DNA of 63,615 bases, filler included, from an uncultured Chlamydiae bacterium (GCA_937899275.1; 10 parts of 10 records of this genome joined end to end with filler, not necessarily neighbours in it), one strand, 5' to 3'. Shown: positions 21,987 through 33,182, numbered from the whole stretch's first letter. The notes: generated by a model from the sequence alone, not told the origin. Program-made: numbers and translations.

Positions 21987-23275
21987 ATGGTAACTCATAC
22001 AGAAGATTTTTCTAACTCTGCATTTTCAGTAGAGCAATGTAACTCTAAGGACACACACACGTACTTTCCAGGTTCACAAGAGAGAAAAGCTCAAGGCCTA
22101 AGTAATCGACTGTACTTTTGTCCCAAAACCAATGAGTCTCCTTGCTTAGAAAAATTGGCCAATGCTGTGGATAAAGTTGTATATACCATTATTTTATCGT
22201 TTAAGACCTTTGTGGTAAAAAGTATTCCATCGCTAACTGCTGCGCAGAAATTGGTGGTCCGATCCTAGTGTTCAAAGTCGTATTGGCTTTTTACCGAGCG
22301 ATCGGCCGCCCTGTCGAGGGTTTTGATCACTCGTATAGCTTGGTTGCTAAGGCCATTCGCTGTGGCAATGATCTTCTTGCGCGTTACATGTTGGAAGAAG
22401 CTGACATTCCTTCACATCCCCCAGCGAAAATTTCTCATCAGTATTTGGAACAAAAACCAAAAGATCTACCAATTTTTGCTGCTTTCAAAAGGCAGCATAT
22501 CGGTTTTATCGAGCTCATCATTAGAAAACTTCCCCAAACAGCTGGCTCAACACCTGACCAGAAAACTTACAACCCTTGGCTCTGTATTTTTCGAGATATT
22601 TTTCATGCTAAGAAGTTTTCTAAAGAGGCTCTAAGCCTCGTACTCAAAGGTTTTTTTGCAAAGAATTTAACTGAAGATGCTCGTGAAGAGATTGTAACGC
22701 TCCTATTTTGCAAGGACTATGCTTGTTTGCAGACTCATTTACTTAGCGCTCTATTAGAAAACGGTTGGAAATTTTCTTATGCTGAGGTGGTAGAGCATAT
22801 TGTTTCAAGTGGTAATCTAAGCGCTTTAAAAGCAGTGTTGGGAAATAAAAAACCACTGCGCAATCCTCATCACTCGTCATATGAAGATAGAAGTAATCGG
22901 GGTGTTAGGAACATATTTTATTCTGCTGTAAGCCTGAAAGATGAACGCGTTCGCGATAGAATACTTGACCTTCTTTTTGACCAAACAACCCTATGTTTTA
23001 ATGCATATGCAGTAATTGCATCCAAGGACAATAAGCCCGTACTGGAGCGTTTTAAGAAAGATCTCGGAAGATTTAGAAAAGTTGCTCGTGATAGTGTCAA
23101 CCTTACTGCAAAGAAGCTTTTAGGTATTAAGGCTGAGAATAGGCAAGTTCCCGATAAAAATAAGAGCGCAGGTATTCCTGATACTAAAGATCAAGCGCGT
23201 CAAGGTTTTTTAAACGCACTAGATAAACGCTCACGCGCAGGTTTCAATTCCTTAAAAAAAGAGTCCAAAGAATAG
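21987..23275 (+). CDS. Ankyrin-like repeat protein; probably one gene with a frameshift around 22200-22268
   Basis: SLVAKAIRCGNDLLARYMLEE, PIFAAFKRQHIGFIELIIRK and HIVSSGNLSALKAVL resemble ankyrin repeats; two abutting ORFs in different frames. Confidence 0.55.
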
Positions 23276-23379
23276 ATTTTTTCAGCTATTTTTTAGGTTG
23301 TATAAATTTTTTACTCTTCCAGATCTTTACATTTAAATCTGCATTGCCTATCCATAGACTGAAGGGGGGGTAATGCAAG

Positions 23380-25023
23380 ATGAAGTATGGTGCAGGAATC
23401 TACTCAGCATTTCTGTTCGGCGTATTTCTAGCAGTACCCCTTCATGCAAAAGCTCTTTTTTCCCTACAAGAAGCTGTGCAACACACCCTACAAAATCAGT
23501 GGGGGATTCAAGTGGCAAAAGAAGAAGTGGAGCTGAGGCAAGGAGCTGTTGAAGAAGCAAAAGGTCCATTTGACCCCATAGTAGCTTTGGATGTATCGCA
23601 AAATTGGTGGGAAAACTCTACCAAGCAGCTGGGGCTGACTTTTCCTGAGGGAACCACATTTTCTCTTCCTTTAGTAGGTACTGTGACAGCAGAGGGTGGT
23701 GGTGGATTTCGAGTTTCTGGTAACACTACAGGAGCTGAGCTGCGGGTAAAAAAACGGATCCGATTAGGCACAGAATTTGCCCTAGGTGTAGAGGTTAATC
23801 GGCAAAAAAATCCCTTTTTCATTTTAGAAGATCCCTACCCCTCTTTTTCCGCATTTCAAGATGAGTATATCCGCCTGGCAAAGGCAAACGTGTTTTTTAC
23901 CATAAAACAGCCGCTACTTAGAGGTTTTATTCATGGTAGAGATGCAGCTAGTGAGAAAAAAAACCAGTTAGAATACCAAGCGGCAAAATATGCACTAGCT
24001 CATGAGATCTCAGCAAAACTACTCAATACCGTTGAGGCGTATTGGGATGTAGCGGGTGCAAAGCAAAAACTCCGTGTGAGAAAAGATGCGATAAAGCGCC
24101 TTTCTGTCTATGTACACGATGTAGAAAAACTCATCGAAAAAAATCAATTGGCAAAAACAGAAAAGATGCTGCCGATAAGCTCTCTTAGCACAGCAAAAAC
24201 AAATGAGCTGATGGCAAAACAGCAGCTTGTAGTAGCTGTCCAACACCTGCAGCTTTCTATGGGGAAAGCTCCTTCTTCTTCTGTAGAAAAAGTAGTAAAA
24301 AACAACCAATTAGATCCAATTTCTGTAGAAGATAGTTACTGTAATATGGAACAAACGCTAAGAAAGGCGCCTTTGATCGCACTACAACATAGATTTGATA
24401 TCCGCTCTTTACAAGAAAGAAAAAAAGCTGCGTACAAACAGGTGGTAGGCGCTAGAAATGACGCTCTTCCCGATTTAGATCTACGGATTTTAGGACGACA
24501 AACAAATAGAAATTATGAACAAGATACCTCGCTATTCGCTCCGTTTTCCATGGTTTCTCCAAAAAGGGAAATTTCCATTACCTTAAGCTTAAACTACCCC
24601 TTATACCGCAGTGAAGCAAAGGGTAAATTACGGGGATTTCAAGCGGAGATGCGGCAAATTGCTTTTGCGCTAAATAGGGAAAAAGCCGCGGTGTTTTCCA
24701 CAGTGATCGATGCTATACATGAAATGTATTCACTAGTACAAGAAAGAAAAGAAGCGGATACAGCAGAAAAACAGGCAAGGCGCTATGTCTTTGACCAGCA
24801 AAAGCTTTTTCGTGCGGGGATGACCAGTCTTTTTCAGCTGATTGATGCAGAGACGCAGCTTGTCTTCAAAGAGATACAGCATATCGATGTGCGGGTCAGG
24901 TCAGCGAAAAATATGGCTAGAGTCCGTTTTTTACTCGGGCTTTTCATTGAAAAAAAAGAAGAGGGCTACCAGATCCAAGAGATCATGCATCTACCTGAGG
25001 AGCTATCTGACCTATGTCTATAA
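23380..25023 (+). CDS. TolC-family outer membrane efflux protein
   Basis: Signal peptide; SLQEAVQ, AKGPFDP, QPLLRG, VEAYWDV, ALPDLDL, FRAGMTSLFQLIDAE. Confidence 0.9.
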   Translation: MKYGAGIYSAFLFGVFLAVPLHAKALFSLQEAVQHTLQNQWGIQVAKEEVELRQGAVEEAKGPFDPIVALDVSQNWWENSTKQLGLTFPEGTTFSLPLVGTVTAEGGGGFRVSGNTTGAELRVKKRIRLGTEFALGVEVNRQKNPFFILEDPYPSFSAFQDEYIRLAKANVFFTIKQPLLRGFIHGRDAASEKKNQLEYQAAKYALAHEISAKLLNTVEAYWDVAGAKQKLRVRKDAIKRLSVYVHDVEKLIEKNQLAKTEKMLPISSLSTAKTNELMAKQQLVVAVQHLQLSMGKAPSSSVEKVVKNNQLDPISVEDSYCNMEQTLRKAPLIALQHRFDIRSLQERKKAAYKQVVGARNDALPDLDLRILGRQTNRNYEQDTSLFAPFSMVSPKREISITLSLNYPLYRSEAKGKLRGFQAEMRQIAFALNREKAAVFSTVIDAIHEMYSLVQERKEADTAEKQARRYVFDQQKLFRAGMTSLFQLIDAETQLVFKEIQHIDVRVRSAKNMARVRFLLGLFIEKKEEGYQIQEIMHLPEELSDLCL

Positions 25024-25374
25024 AAAAAGAGCCGCAGCAAAAAGAGTCGCTATTTCGAAAAGAGGCTTTAGAGGCAAAATCAGCAGAAGAGCTAGACCGC
25101 TTACTTGTGGTTGTAAGACCAAAAGCGAAGCTGTCTTTAGCTTTTGTTCTCGCCCTTTTAACAGGTTTTTGTGTTTGGTCGATTGTAGGAAAGATTCCAG
25201 TAGATGTGCATGGAAGAGGCATTGTACTACAAAAAGAGGGTAATTTTGTCATTGAAGGCCCCTCTGATGCAATCATACAAGCTGTATATGTACGTGAAGG
25301 TGACCCTATTTCCAAAAATCAGCTGTTGATGACTCTATATAGTCCAGAGCTTTATCTTTCCTTGAAAAATGCTG
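25014..25374 (+). CDS. HlyD-family membrane fusion protein, NHLP-bacteriocin secretion type; 3' truncated
   Basis: SLFRKEALE...EELDRLLVVVRPK, a TM segment, WSIVGKIPVDVHGRGI, V.EGD.I.KNQ.L. Confidence 0.8.
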
Positions 25375-25474
25375 NNNNNNNNNNNNNNNNNNNNNNNNNN
25401 NNNNNNNNNNNNNNNNNNTTAATTAATTAANNNNNNNNNNNNNNNNNNNNNNNNNNNNNNNNNNNNNNNNNNNN
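25375..25474. other. Artificial contig linker
   Basis: N-run, TTAATTAATTAA, N-run. Confidence 0.99.
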
Positions 25475-26523
25475 GTTTCAATGGCTTGTCCTTCTTCTAA
25501 AATGCCTACTTCTCTAGCAACGGCTTCAGCCGTTTTGGGGTGATCGCCTGTAATCATAATCACATGGATGCCAGCTATTTTCGCAGAGCCGATGGCTTCT
25601 TTTACCTCTTTTTTTGGAGGGTCAATAAATCCAATAAGACCTGTGATTGCAATTTCCCAGTCCTCCGGACTTTTGCTTTTGGCGGTGCCTTGACCAAAAG
25701 CTAAGACTCTAAGACCTTTATCTAAAAATCCTTTCAACGCATCTTCCCATTCTTCTTTTTAAGGGCTTTTTGAAAGGTGTTTTAACGTTTCAAAAGCGCC
25801 TTTTATTAAAAGAATCTCTTCCCCGTCTTTTTTATGAGCGGTTGCCATCAGCCGTAATTTTGCATCAAAAGAATGGGTCCATATTCTTGGATACTCTTAG
25901 TCCCATTTTTCCTTGTTTTCGACCCATTTTGTAAGCGCAATATCAATAGGATCTCCCGTATCTCCATGAGAGTCATTACAAAGAGCTGCAATCATTTTTA
26001 GCTTTTCTTCATCTTGAGAAAAGACCTCTTCTACTTTGAGGTTGCCTGTTGTAATGGTCCCTGTTTTATCAGAAGCAATCACACTTGCGCTTCCAAGAGT
26101 TTCTACTGCAGGCAAGTGGCGGATCAAGGCTTTGTATCTACTGAGGATAGAGGCTCCAACTACCAAAGAAAAAGTAATGACTAAAGGTAGCCCTTCTGGA
26201 ACAGCAGAAACCAAAGTAGCCAAAAGAATATAGCTCAGCTCTAATAGCGATCTACCTTGGTAGCTCCCAACTCCTGTTAAAATAAAAAGGAAGAAAACTA
26301 AGATCATTACATACCGTTTCACAAAGTTTTTTAAAGACTTTGTAAGGGGGCTGTCTGGCGATGCTTCTTTCGCCTTGCTAGCTATGGATGCAAGGTAGGC
26401 GTTTACGCCTGTATGAATCACAATAGCTTAAGCAGACCCTCCAATTACAGCTGTTCCCGCAAGAATCATATTGAGCTGATCATGAATAAGACGGTTTTTT
26501 TCTACAGGCCCTTTGGCCTGTTT
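25475..26523 (-). CDS. Type II cation-transporting P-type ATPase, internal fragment; in-frame TAAs at 26428, 25897 and 25759
   Basis: AVPEGLP, AVETLG, SDKTGT, GDPID, IKGAFE, DPPK and MITGDHP all lie in one frame across the contig. Confidence 0.92.
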
Positions 26524-26524
26524 A

Positions 26525-26624
26525 NNNNNNNNNNNNNNNNNNNNNNNNNNNNNNNNNNNNNNNNNNNNTTAATTAATTAANNNNNNNNNNNNNNNNNNNN
26601 NNNNNNNNNNNNNNNNNNNNNNNN
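26525..26624. other. Artificial contig linker
   Basis: N-run, TTAATTAATTAA, N-run. Confidence 0.99.
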
Positions 26625-26625
26625 C

Positions 26626-27267
26626 CTGTTTAAAATCTGTTCTTCCAACTTGCCTACAAGATGGGAAGATGGCCATAAAGAGTTGTTATTAGATCAAGGA
26701 TCGACGCATATCGCATGTTACAAGGTTGCGATCTTAAAGAACGACGCAGAAGGAATTCTTAAACATAATTACTCACTATTTAAAGAAGCAGTAAAAAACA
26801 AATCTATTTTTGCACAAAGTAGTATATATAATAATACCAGCAATGAGTGTCAAAATACTGTTCGATTCCTATTAGACTTGCTAGCAACTACCAACGGAAA
26901 GACCTTAGACAGTTTCCAAGAAGCAGAACCAGTAATATTTGGCTTCATTATGTATAAGGCAATTTTTGAAGTAAGATTAAACAAACGATCAAACGTTACT
27001 TTGAGTGTCCCAATTGACTGTTTCAAAGATATCAAAATAACGGATGACGATAAGGAAGAAGTGGCAAAACTGTGTGAATGTGTGAGTAAATATGAAAATG
27101 AGCGTGGCGATAAATCAGCTAATGCTCTCCATACAACCCTTCAAAATCTTCAAGGCAATTGCCGATCGAATCCTAAATTATTGTTTAACAATGATGGTTA
27201 TACAATAGCATCACGTATAATTAAAGAATGGGGAAAAACCAAATTCATGGCAGTTCCCGTCGATTAA
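26626..27267 (+). CDS. Hypothetical protein, 3' part
   Basis: Frame open from the contig start for more than 200 codons; no motif recognised. Confidence 0.6.
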   Translation: MFKICSSNLPTRWEDGHKELLLDQGSTHIACYKVAILKNDAEGILKHNYSLFKEAVKNKSIFAQSSIYNNTSNECQNTVRFLLDLLATTNGKTLDSFQEAEPVIFGFIMYKAIFEVRLNKRSNVTLSVPIDCFKDIKITDDDKEEVAKLCECVSKYENERGDKSANALHTTLQNLQGNCRSNPKLLFNNDGYTIASRIIKEWGKTKFMAVPVD

Positions 27268-27396
27268 ATTAGAAAAATTCCATAAGATATTTTGCATGAT
27301 ATATAGTCAGTAAAGAAGTTAAATGCGATAGCCTTCAGTTAGACGGATCAATGAAAAAGTAAATTTGGTAAATACAGCTTTTTACCCACTTTTGAT

Positions 27397-30039
27397 TTAT
27401 CCGTCTATATCCCCAATATACTGACCGTATTGGACAATTAATTTTCCGACGATGCTTGTCCATCCTGTTTGATGTGACGCTCCAAGGCCGTAGCCTTTTT
27501 CTGGATGAAAGTACTCGTAAAATAGTAGATGGTCTTTAAAGTGGGGATCTTCTTGCATTTTTTCATATTGGTTGAATACCGCTCTTTTGCCTTTTGCATC
27601 ACGTTGAAAAATATGGACAAGGCGTTTTGTGATTTCTCCTGCTACTTCCCAAAGGGTAAGAAGGTTTTTAGACCCTGTGGGAAAAGCAATTTTAAAATCA
27701 TCTCCGTAGTAGTGGTAAAACTTTTGCAAAGACTCAATAATCAAAAAGTTGAGAGGAAACCAAATCGGACCGCGCCAGTTGGAGTTCCCACCAAATAGCT
27801 TGGTATTTGACGATCCAGGCTCATAATCCATTCTGTAAGTAGACCCTTGCACTTTTAGAGTATAGGGATGTTCTTTATGAAAATATGATACGGACCGGAT
27901 GCCGTAGGGACTTAAAAACTCCTTTTCATCAAGCATTTTTTCCAATACTTTACGGAGCCTGTCCTCGTTTAAAATCGATAGGATATGCCGATTTTTCACG
28001 CCTCGTTTTTCCATAGAAGCCATTTGTGAGCAAAGGTTTTTTTTATGCTGCACAAACCAGGAAAAACGGCGATGAAATCCTTTTAGGGAGTGGATTTTTT
28101 CCTCAGAAATAGTCGCTACAGCAAATAGGGGGATCAGCCCTACCATAGAACGCACTTTGATGGGAAGATGCGCGCCATCAGGTAGATGCAGTACATCGTA
28201 ATAAAATCCATCTTCTTCATCCCAAAGAGGAGGCTCTCCTTTTTTCTCATGGTTGATGGCGTCGCTGATAAAAAGAAAGTGCTCGAAAAACTTGCTGGCC
28301 ATATCTTCATAAGTAGGGTCTTTTGTAGCAAGCTCCATAGCGATGACGAGCATATTCAGCGAGTACATCGCCATCCAAGAAGAGGCGTCTGATTGGGTTA
28401 ATGTTCCACCGAGGGGTAAGTCGCTTGATCGGTCAAATATACTGATGTTGTCTAACCCTAAAAATCCTCCTTGAAAAACATTTTTTCCCTCTGCGTCTTT
28501 GCGATTGACCCACCAGGTGAAATTAAGAAGGAGCTTTTGAAAAATTGAGGCGAGAAACACCCGATCTTCTTCGTTATGTTTTCTCTGAGCAATTTTATAC
28601 ACCCTCCAAGCAGACCAAGCGTGAACAGGAGGGTTTACATCGGAAAAATTCCATTCATATGCAGGGATTTGCCCATTTGGATGCATGTACCATTCTCTTG
28701 TGAATAACATCAATTGACGTTTTGCAAATGCAGGGTCCAAAAGAGCAAAGGGAATCATCTGAAATGCTGTATCCCAAGAAGCAAACCAAGGGTACTCCCA
28801 CTTATCGGGTATGGATAAAATATCGTCGTTGAATAAATGCTCCCAGCCGTAATTTCTCCCTTTTTGACGGATAAATGGAGGGGGGTAGTTTTTATCATCT
28901 CCTTCAAGCCAGGTTTCTACTACGTAATGGTAGTACTGCTTTGTCCAAAGAAGAGAAGAAAAAGACTGGCGTAAGATCTGTGTGGTGTCTTCATCGATAT
29001 CTTTTGGCAGTAAAGGAGCGTAAAATTCTTCTGCTTCTTTTTTTCGGGTGGTAAATACTTCTTCTGCTTGAGCTAAAGGCTCTTTTTTAGGGGCACTTAC
29101 CAAACGAAAATATAGCGTGACATCTTTGCCAGGAAGGATATCAAAAGCGTAATAAGGAGAAGCTTTTGTCCCTTCATTTTTTGGATTGACTTTACTTTGA
29201 TCTTTTCGAATCACGTAATCATGAAAAGCATCTTTCACAAAAGAAGAGCGGTTAGGCAGTTGAAATAACTGCTGGGTATTGGATTCATTTTCGGTGAAAA
29301 GAAGAGCATCTGGCGAAGCAAAATAAAAATAGTACTTTTGCAGCGTGGGGTGTGAAGCCAACATCCCCTCACCTTTTTTTTGGATATGGGCTTTTTTTTC
29401 TTCGTTTGACCAAGACCAGGTATTTCGAAACCATAGCGTGGGTAAGATATGCAAAGGCGCTGTATTTTTTCCCCTATTGACTGCATGCAGCTTAATGAAT
29501 AGATCTTCTGGTCCATTTTTTGCATATTCAATAAACACATCAAAATACGCATCATCTTGAAAAATACCTGTATCTAAAAGCTCATATTCTTCTTCAGCAA
29601 GAGAGCGGGTTTTATTCACCCGAATCAGTTCTTGATAGGGATAACGTGTTTGCGGGTACTTATATAAGTACTTCATATAGGTATGTAAAGGCGTACAATC
29701 TAAATAATAGTAGTACTCCTTAACATCTTCTCCATGATTTCCCTGACCTCCTGCAAGGCCAAATAACCGCTCTTTTAAGATTTCATCTTGTCCATTCCAA
29801 AAAGCAAAGCTAAAACATAGTCTTTGATGGTTATCCGATATGCCGCCAATACCATCTTCACCCCAGCGGTATGTTCTCATAGCTGCTTGATCAAAAGGAA
29901 AGTACTGCCAAGCAGTACCAAAAGGGCTGTAGTCTTCTCTTACAGTCCCCCACTGCCTTTCAGATAGGTAAGGGCCCCATCTGCGCCAGTGCTGCTTCTT
30001 AAGGCGATCTTCTTTAAGACGTTTTCTTTCTGGATCCAT
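27397..30039 (-). CDS. GH63-like (MGH1-type) glycoside hydrolase / glucosidase
   Basis: WRRWGPYLSERQWGTVREDYS, GNHGEDVKE, PDKWEYPWFA.WD, GGNSNWRGP.W, GASHQTGWT; likely start MDPERK at 30039. Confidence 0.92.
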   Translation of the reverse strand: MDPERKRLKEDRLKKQHWRRWGPYLSERQWGTVREDYSPFGTAWQYFPFDQAAMRTYRWGEDGIGGISDNHQRLCFSFAFWNGQDEILKERLFGLAGGQGNHGEDVKEYYYYLDCTPLHTYMKYLYKYPQTRYPYQELIRVNKTRSLAEEEYELLDTGIFQDDAYFDVFIEYAKNGPEDLFIKLHAVNRGKNTAPLHILPTLWFRNTWSWSNEEKKAHIQKKGEGMLASHPTLQKYYFYFASPDALLFTENESNTQQLFQLPNRSSFVKDAFHDYVIRKDQSKVNPKNEGTKASPYYAFDILPGKDVTLYFRLVSAPKKEPLAQAEEVFTTRKKEAEEFYAPLLPKDIDEDTTQILRQSFSSLLWTKQYYHYVVETWLEGDDKNYPPPFIRQKGRNYGWEHLFNDDILSIPDKWEYPWFASWDTAFQMIPFALLDPAFAKRQLMLFTREWYMHPNGQIPAYEWNFSDVNPPVHAWSAWRVYKIAQRKHNEEDRVFLASIFQKLLLNFTWWVNRKDAEGKNVFQGGFLGLDNISIFDRSSDLPLGGTLTQSDASSWMAMYSLNMLVIAMELATKDPTYEDMASKFFEHFLFISDAINHEKKGEPPLWDEEDGFYYDVLHLPDGAHLPIKVRSMVGLIPLFAVATISEEKIHSLKGFHRRFSWFVQHKKNLCSQMASMEKRGVKNRHILSILNEDRLRKVLEKMLDEKEFLSPYGIRSVSYFHKEHPYTLKVQGSTYRMDYEPGSSNTKLFGGNSNWRGPIWFPLNFLIIESLQKFYHYYGDDFKIAFPTGSKNLLTLWEVAGEITKRLVHIFQRDAKGKRAVFNQYEKMQEDPHFKDHLLFYEYFHPEKGYGLGASHQTGWTSIVGKLIVQYGQYIGDIDG

Positions 30040-30208
30040 GTTTTTCCTGTATAACCGGATCTTAACGCATCCCTTTTTTATTGACGAGAGAGATCCAAAC
30101 AACTGAAATCACAGCTTTTATACCATCTAGAAAATTGCGGTAGAGGGGATATTTCAACTTGGGAATATTTCCGCTATTACCTATCATTGTAAAAAATTTC
30201 TGAAAGTT

Positions 30209-30802
30209 ATGCTCGCAAACTATGTAAGACCTTGGCTACAAAGCCGCTTTATCGATCCGTTTATCCGCTTTTCCTACATAAAAACACTTACCCCCTTATG
30301 GGTGACTATGGGAGCTACTTTTTCTGGAGTGTTTTCTGCTATATGCATCGCCTGCGGCCTACCGCTATTTGCGATGATGAGTCTTTTTATTTCTGGCTGT
30401 TTGGATGTTTTAGATGGATCGATTGCTCGTAAATACCAAAAAGCTTCCCCTTTTGGCGCAGTCTGCGATATCTTTTCTGATCGTCTTGTGGAATGCGCAG
30501 TGATCGTAGGGCTTTTTTTTCTACACCCTGAAACAAGAGCGGTCTACTGTTTAGCGATGCTCTCTGCTTGTTTTCTTTGCGTGACTTCCTTTTTAGTTGT
30601 GGGGATTTTCATAGAAAATACCCAAGAAAAGTCATTTCACTATAGTCCAGGAATTATCGAAAGAGGAGAGGCGTTTTTGTTTTTTTTCTTAATGATCGCG
30701 TTTCCTACATGGTTTTGGCAGCTAAGCTGTGTATTTACTGGCCTTGTTTTTCTAACTGCTTGTATTCGGATCTACCAATTTGGAAAAAACTCCATTTTAT
30801 AG
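30209..30802 (+). CDS. CDP-alcohol phosphatidyltransferase family protein (YnjF-like)
   Basis: DVLDGSIAR...SPFGAVCDIFSDR signature; KSFHYSPGIIER. Confidence 0.9.
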   Translation: MLANYVRPWLQSRFIDPFIRFSYIKTLTPLWVTMGATFSGVFSAICIACGLPLFAMMSLFISGCLDVLDGSIARKYQKASPFGAVCDIFSDRLVECAVIVGLFFLHPETRAVYCLAMLSACFLCVTSFLVVGIFIENTQEKSFHYSPGIIERGEAFLFFFLMIAFPTWFWQLSCVFTGLVFLTACIRIYQFGKNSIL

Positions 30803-31510
30803 TTCCATATTATGATACACCGCATCTACATCTTCTATATCTTCTAAAAACTGAATCAGTTCCAGATTAGCTTGGGTCTGCTCGTCATCGCAAGAAACAG
30901 AGATATTTGGCAAAAACTCAATACTTGCATCGCAAACTACCTGTTTTTCCTCTAGAAGATCTTTCATTGCGTAAAGATCTTCCATCTTTGTACAGATCAC
31001 ATACCCCTCTTCTATTACAGCAAAGTCTTCAGCATAACTATCGATCGCAAGAGAAAATAAGGCTTCTTCTTCCATCTCTTTTTCTGCCACTTGCAGCACG
31101 CCTTTTCGAGTGAAATTGTAAGATACCGATCCAGGAGAGGCGATAGAGCCTCCTTTTTTATTTGTTGCAATCCGCATAAAAGAAGCCGTTCGATTTTTAT
31201 TATCTGTAAGGGCTACCGCTAAAATCCCTACGCCTGCATGGCCATAGAGCTCATAGACAACTTCTGTATATTCTTCTGAAGAGCCGTGAGCCGCTTTTTT
31301 CAGATTTCTATCGATGTTTTCTTTAGGGACTCCTGCTTTTTTCGCTTTTTCTAACACAAGGCGGAGTTTGGCATTAGTTTTGGGATCCGATCCCCCTATT
31401 TTTACAGCAGTAATCAATTCTTTTATAATTTGAGAAAAGATTTTTCCTTTTTTTTGATCTGCTCTTTCCTTGCGGTGTTTGATATTTGCCCATTTACTAT
31501 GTCCTGCCAT
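30797..31510 (-). CDS. yebC: YebC/PmpR family protein
   Basis: MAGHSKWANIKHRK (ATG 31510), TDNKNRT, EDVDAVYHN. Confidence 0.97.
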   Translation of the reverse strand: MAGHSKWANIKHRKERADQKKGKIFSQIIKELITAVKIGGSDPKTNAKLRLVLEKAKKAGVPKENIDRNLKKAAHGSSEEYTEVVYELYGHAGVGILAVALTDNKNRTASFMRIATNKKGGSIASPGSVSYNFTRKGVLQVAEKEMEEEALFSLAIDSYAEDFAVIEEGYVICTKMEDLYAMKDLLEEKQVVCDASIEFLPNISVSCDDEQTQANLELIQFLEDIEDVDAVYHNMEL

Positions 31511-32222
31511 ATATCTCCAATACGTTACTTTTTCTACGTGAAAAAAAATGCTTTTCAAATGCCTTTGCCTCAGTATACCTAGGAAAAAGGCGTTCTTTTT
31601 TTTTAAAGTCTTTTGTATGCACAAGAATCCTTCCATCTCGGCTTAACTGCGGGGGGAAAAGCGCGTGCAGCGCTTCGTGATAGGTAATGTAGCTGACAAA
31701 ATATTTAGGGACGCTTGGATGATCTAACAAACGATTGATCTCAATATGTTGATCCCTTCGAAAAAACCTTCCGTAGGTAATCGAGCGGATTTGTTTTCTT
31801 ACCGGAAATTTCCGCCAAGAAATGGTAGCGCCGATAGAAAAGCCGATATGGTCTTGTTCAATTTCTCGGTAGATGGAGGCCAAATCATAACAAACTCCTT
31901 TTATTTGAGAGGATTGGAGAACCACAGGTTTTCGAAAAAACGGGTGGTCCATAAAAAGCCGCAGGCAGCTAAGCGTTTTTTGTTCTTTTTTTTTGAGATA
32001 CGCAGAAAGCGCTTGGAGCACCTCATCCGATGCGTGTAAAAAGGCGCTATGTAAAAAAAGGGTGATCTTTCCAGCGAAACGGCGCGACTCTAAAAAAATA
32101 GATGAGGTCTCAATAAGATGCAGCTCTCTTACTTTTGGAAGGCAGGCTTGTATATAGCTCAATACACTTTCTTTAGAGCGTTTTTTCTCTACAATCCAGT
32201 TCATAATATTTTTTGCATGCAA
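31497..32222 (-). CDS. SprT/YgjP-like HExxH metalloprotease-domain protein
   Basis: ITYG..I.IN.LLD...VP.YFV.YI.YHEALH...H...F motif. Confidence 0.7.
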   Translation of the reverse strand: MHAKNIMNWIVEKKRSKESVLSYIQACLPKVRELHLIETSSIFLESRRFAGKITLFLHSAFLHASDEVLQALSAYLKKKEQKTLSCLRLFMDHPFFRKPVVLQSSQIKGVCYDLASIYREIEQDHIGFSIGATISWRKFPVRKQIRSITYGRFFRRDQHIEINRLLDHPSVPKYFVSYITYHEALHALFPPQLSRDGRILVHTKDFKKKERLFPRYTEAKAFEKHFFSRRKSNVLEIYGRT

Positions 32223-32728
32223 TGTTTTGTCACATAACGCATCTTATCGCGGACAAATTCTGCGTGTTCACCAAATTTTATAAATCCCATTTTTTCATAC
32301 AAATAAATGGCGGGGTTTTGATCGTATACCTCCAGATGGAGGATTTCGATCTGTAGTTTTTTTGCCCTTTCTTCAATAGCTTGTAAAAGGGCTTTTCCTA
32401 CCCCTTTTCCTCTCATTTCTTCTGCTACAATGATTGCTAAAAGCGCGTGGTGTTTTAGTTTTTCTTCTTGTTGTATATACAAATTGATAATGCCGCAAAC
32501 AGCGCCTTCATACTCTGCTGTAAGAAGCGCTCCTTTATTTGCAAAACTAATCCAGTAATTTGCTGCATCTTCAATTTCAGCATCGTTACACATCGGAAAC
32601 CACCGGAGCGTTTCGGGATGTTTTAGCCAGGAAACAAGGTAGGATTTGTCTTCAAGAACGCCTTCTCGAATATGTATTTTTTTATCCAAGCGACTTCCTC
32701 CAAAGGGTGCGAGCAAGGTATTTGTCAT
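32201..32728 (-). CDS. GNAT N-acetyltransferase
   Basis: MRGKGVGKALL, LEVYDQNPAIYLYEKMGF. Confidence 0.9.
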   Translation of the reverse strand: MTNTLLAPFGGSRLDKKIHIREGVLEDKSYLVSWLKHPETLRWFPMCNDAEIEDAANYWISFANKGALLTAEYEGAVCGIINLYIQQEEKLKHHALLAIIVAEEMRGKGVGKALLQAIEERAKKLQIEILHLEVYDQNPAIYLYEKMGFIKFGEHAEFVRDKMRYVTKHCMQKIL

Positions 32729-33182
32729 CTTGTTTTACATAATTTTCCTGGGTAATAAAACGGGTAAATCCTTCTTTTTCTAATAAAAAGAGTAAGGGTG
32801 ATCCGGAAAAAACCTCACAGTGGATATGTTCTAATGCAAAACGGGTTTTTGCTAAATGAGCGAGGTTTTTGAGCATCGATCTACCGATACCTTTGCGGCG
32901 GTATCTTGGATCCACCAAAATGTAAAACATCGCATGATGCGCAAGTTTTTGGTAGGGCATTAGGTAAAGAGTTGCGATCGCAATAGGTGTTTTCTCATAG
33001 ATGCCTGTAAGGCTTGCCTTAAACCGGGAAAATCCCACCATATTTTTTGCAAAAAAAAGCGCGCTTTCATCAGAAGATATGGGATAATGCAGCCTATCTT
33101 CCTCAGGCTGTTACCAGCTAACTACTAGCTGCTCATCTCCTTTTTCTGTGTAGCGTATATCAAACTCTTGTTCTATCGACAT
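32682..33182 (-). CDS. GNAT N-acetyltransferase paralog; in-frame TAA at 33111-33113
   Basis: From ATG 33182: MSIEQEFDIRYTEKGDEQLVVSW*QPEEDRLHYPISSD..., continuing in frame into the tracked ORF (YRRKGIGRSML); aligns with the neighbour's LVSWLKHPE. Confidence 0.85.
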
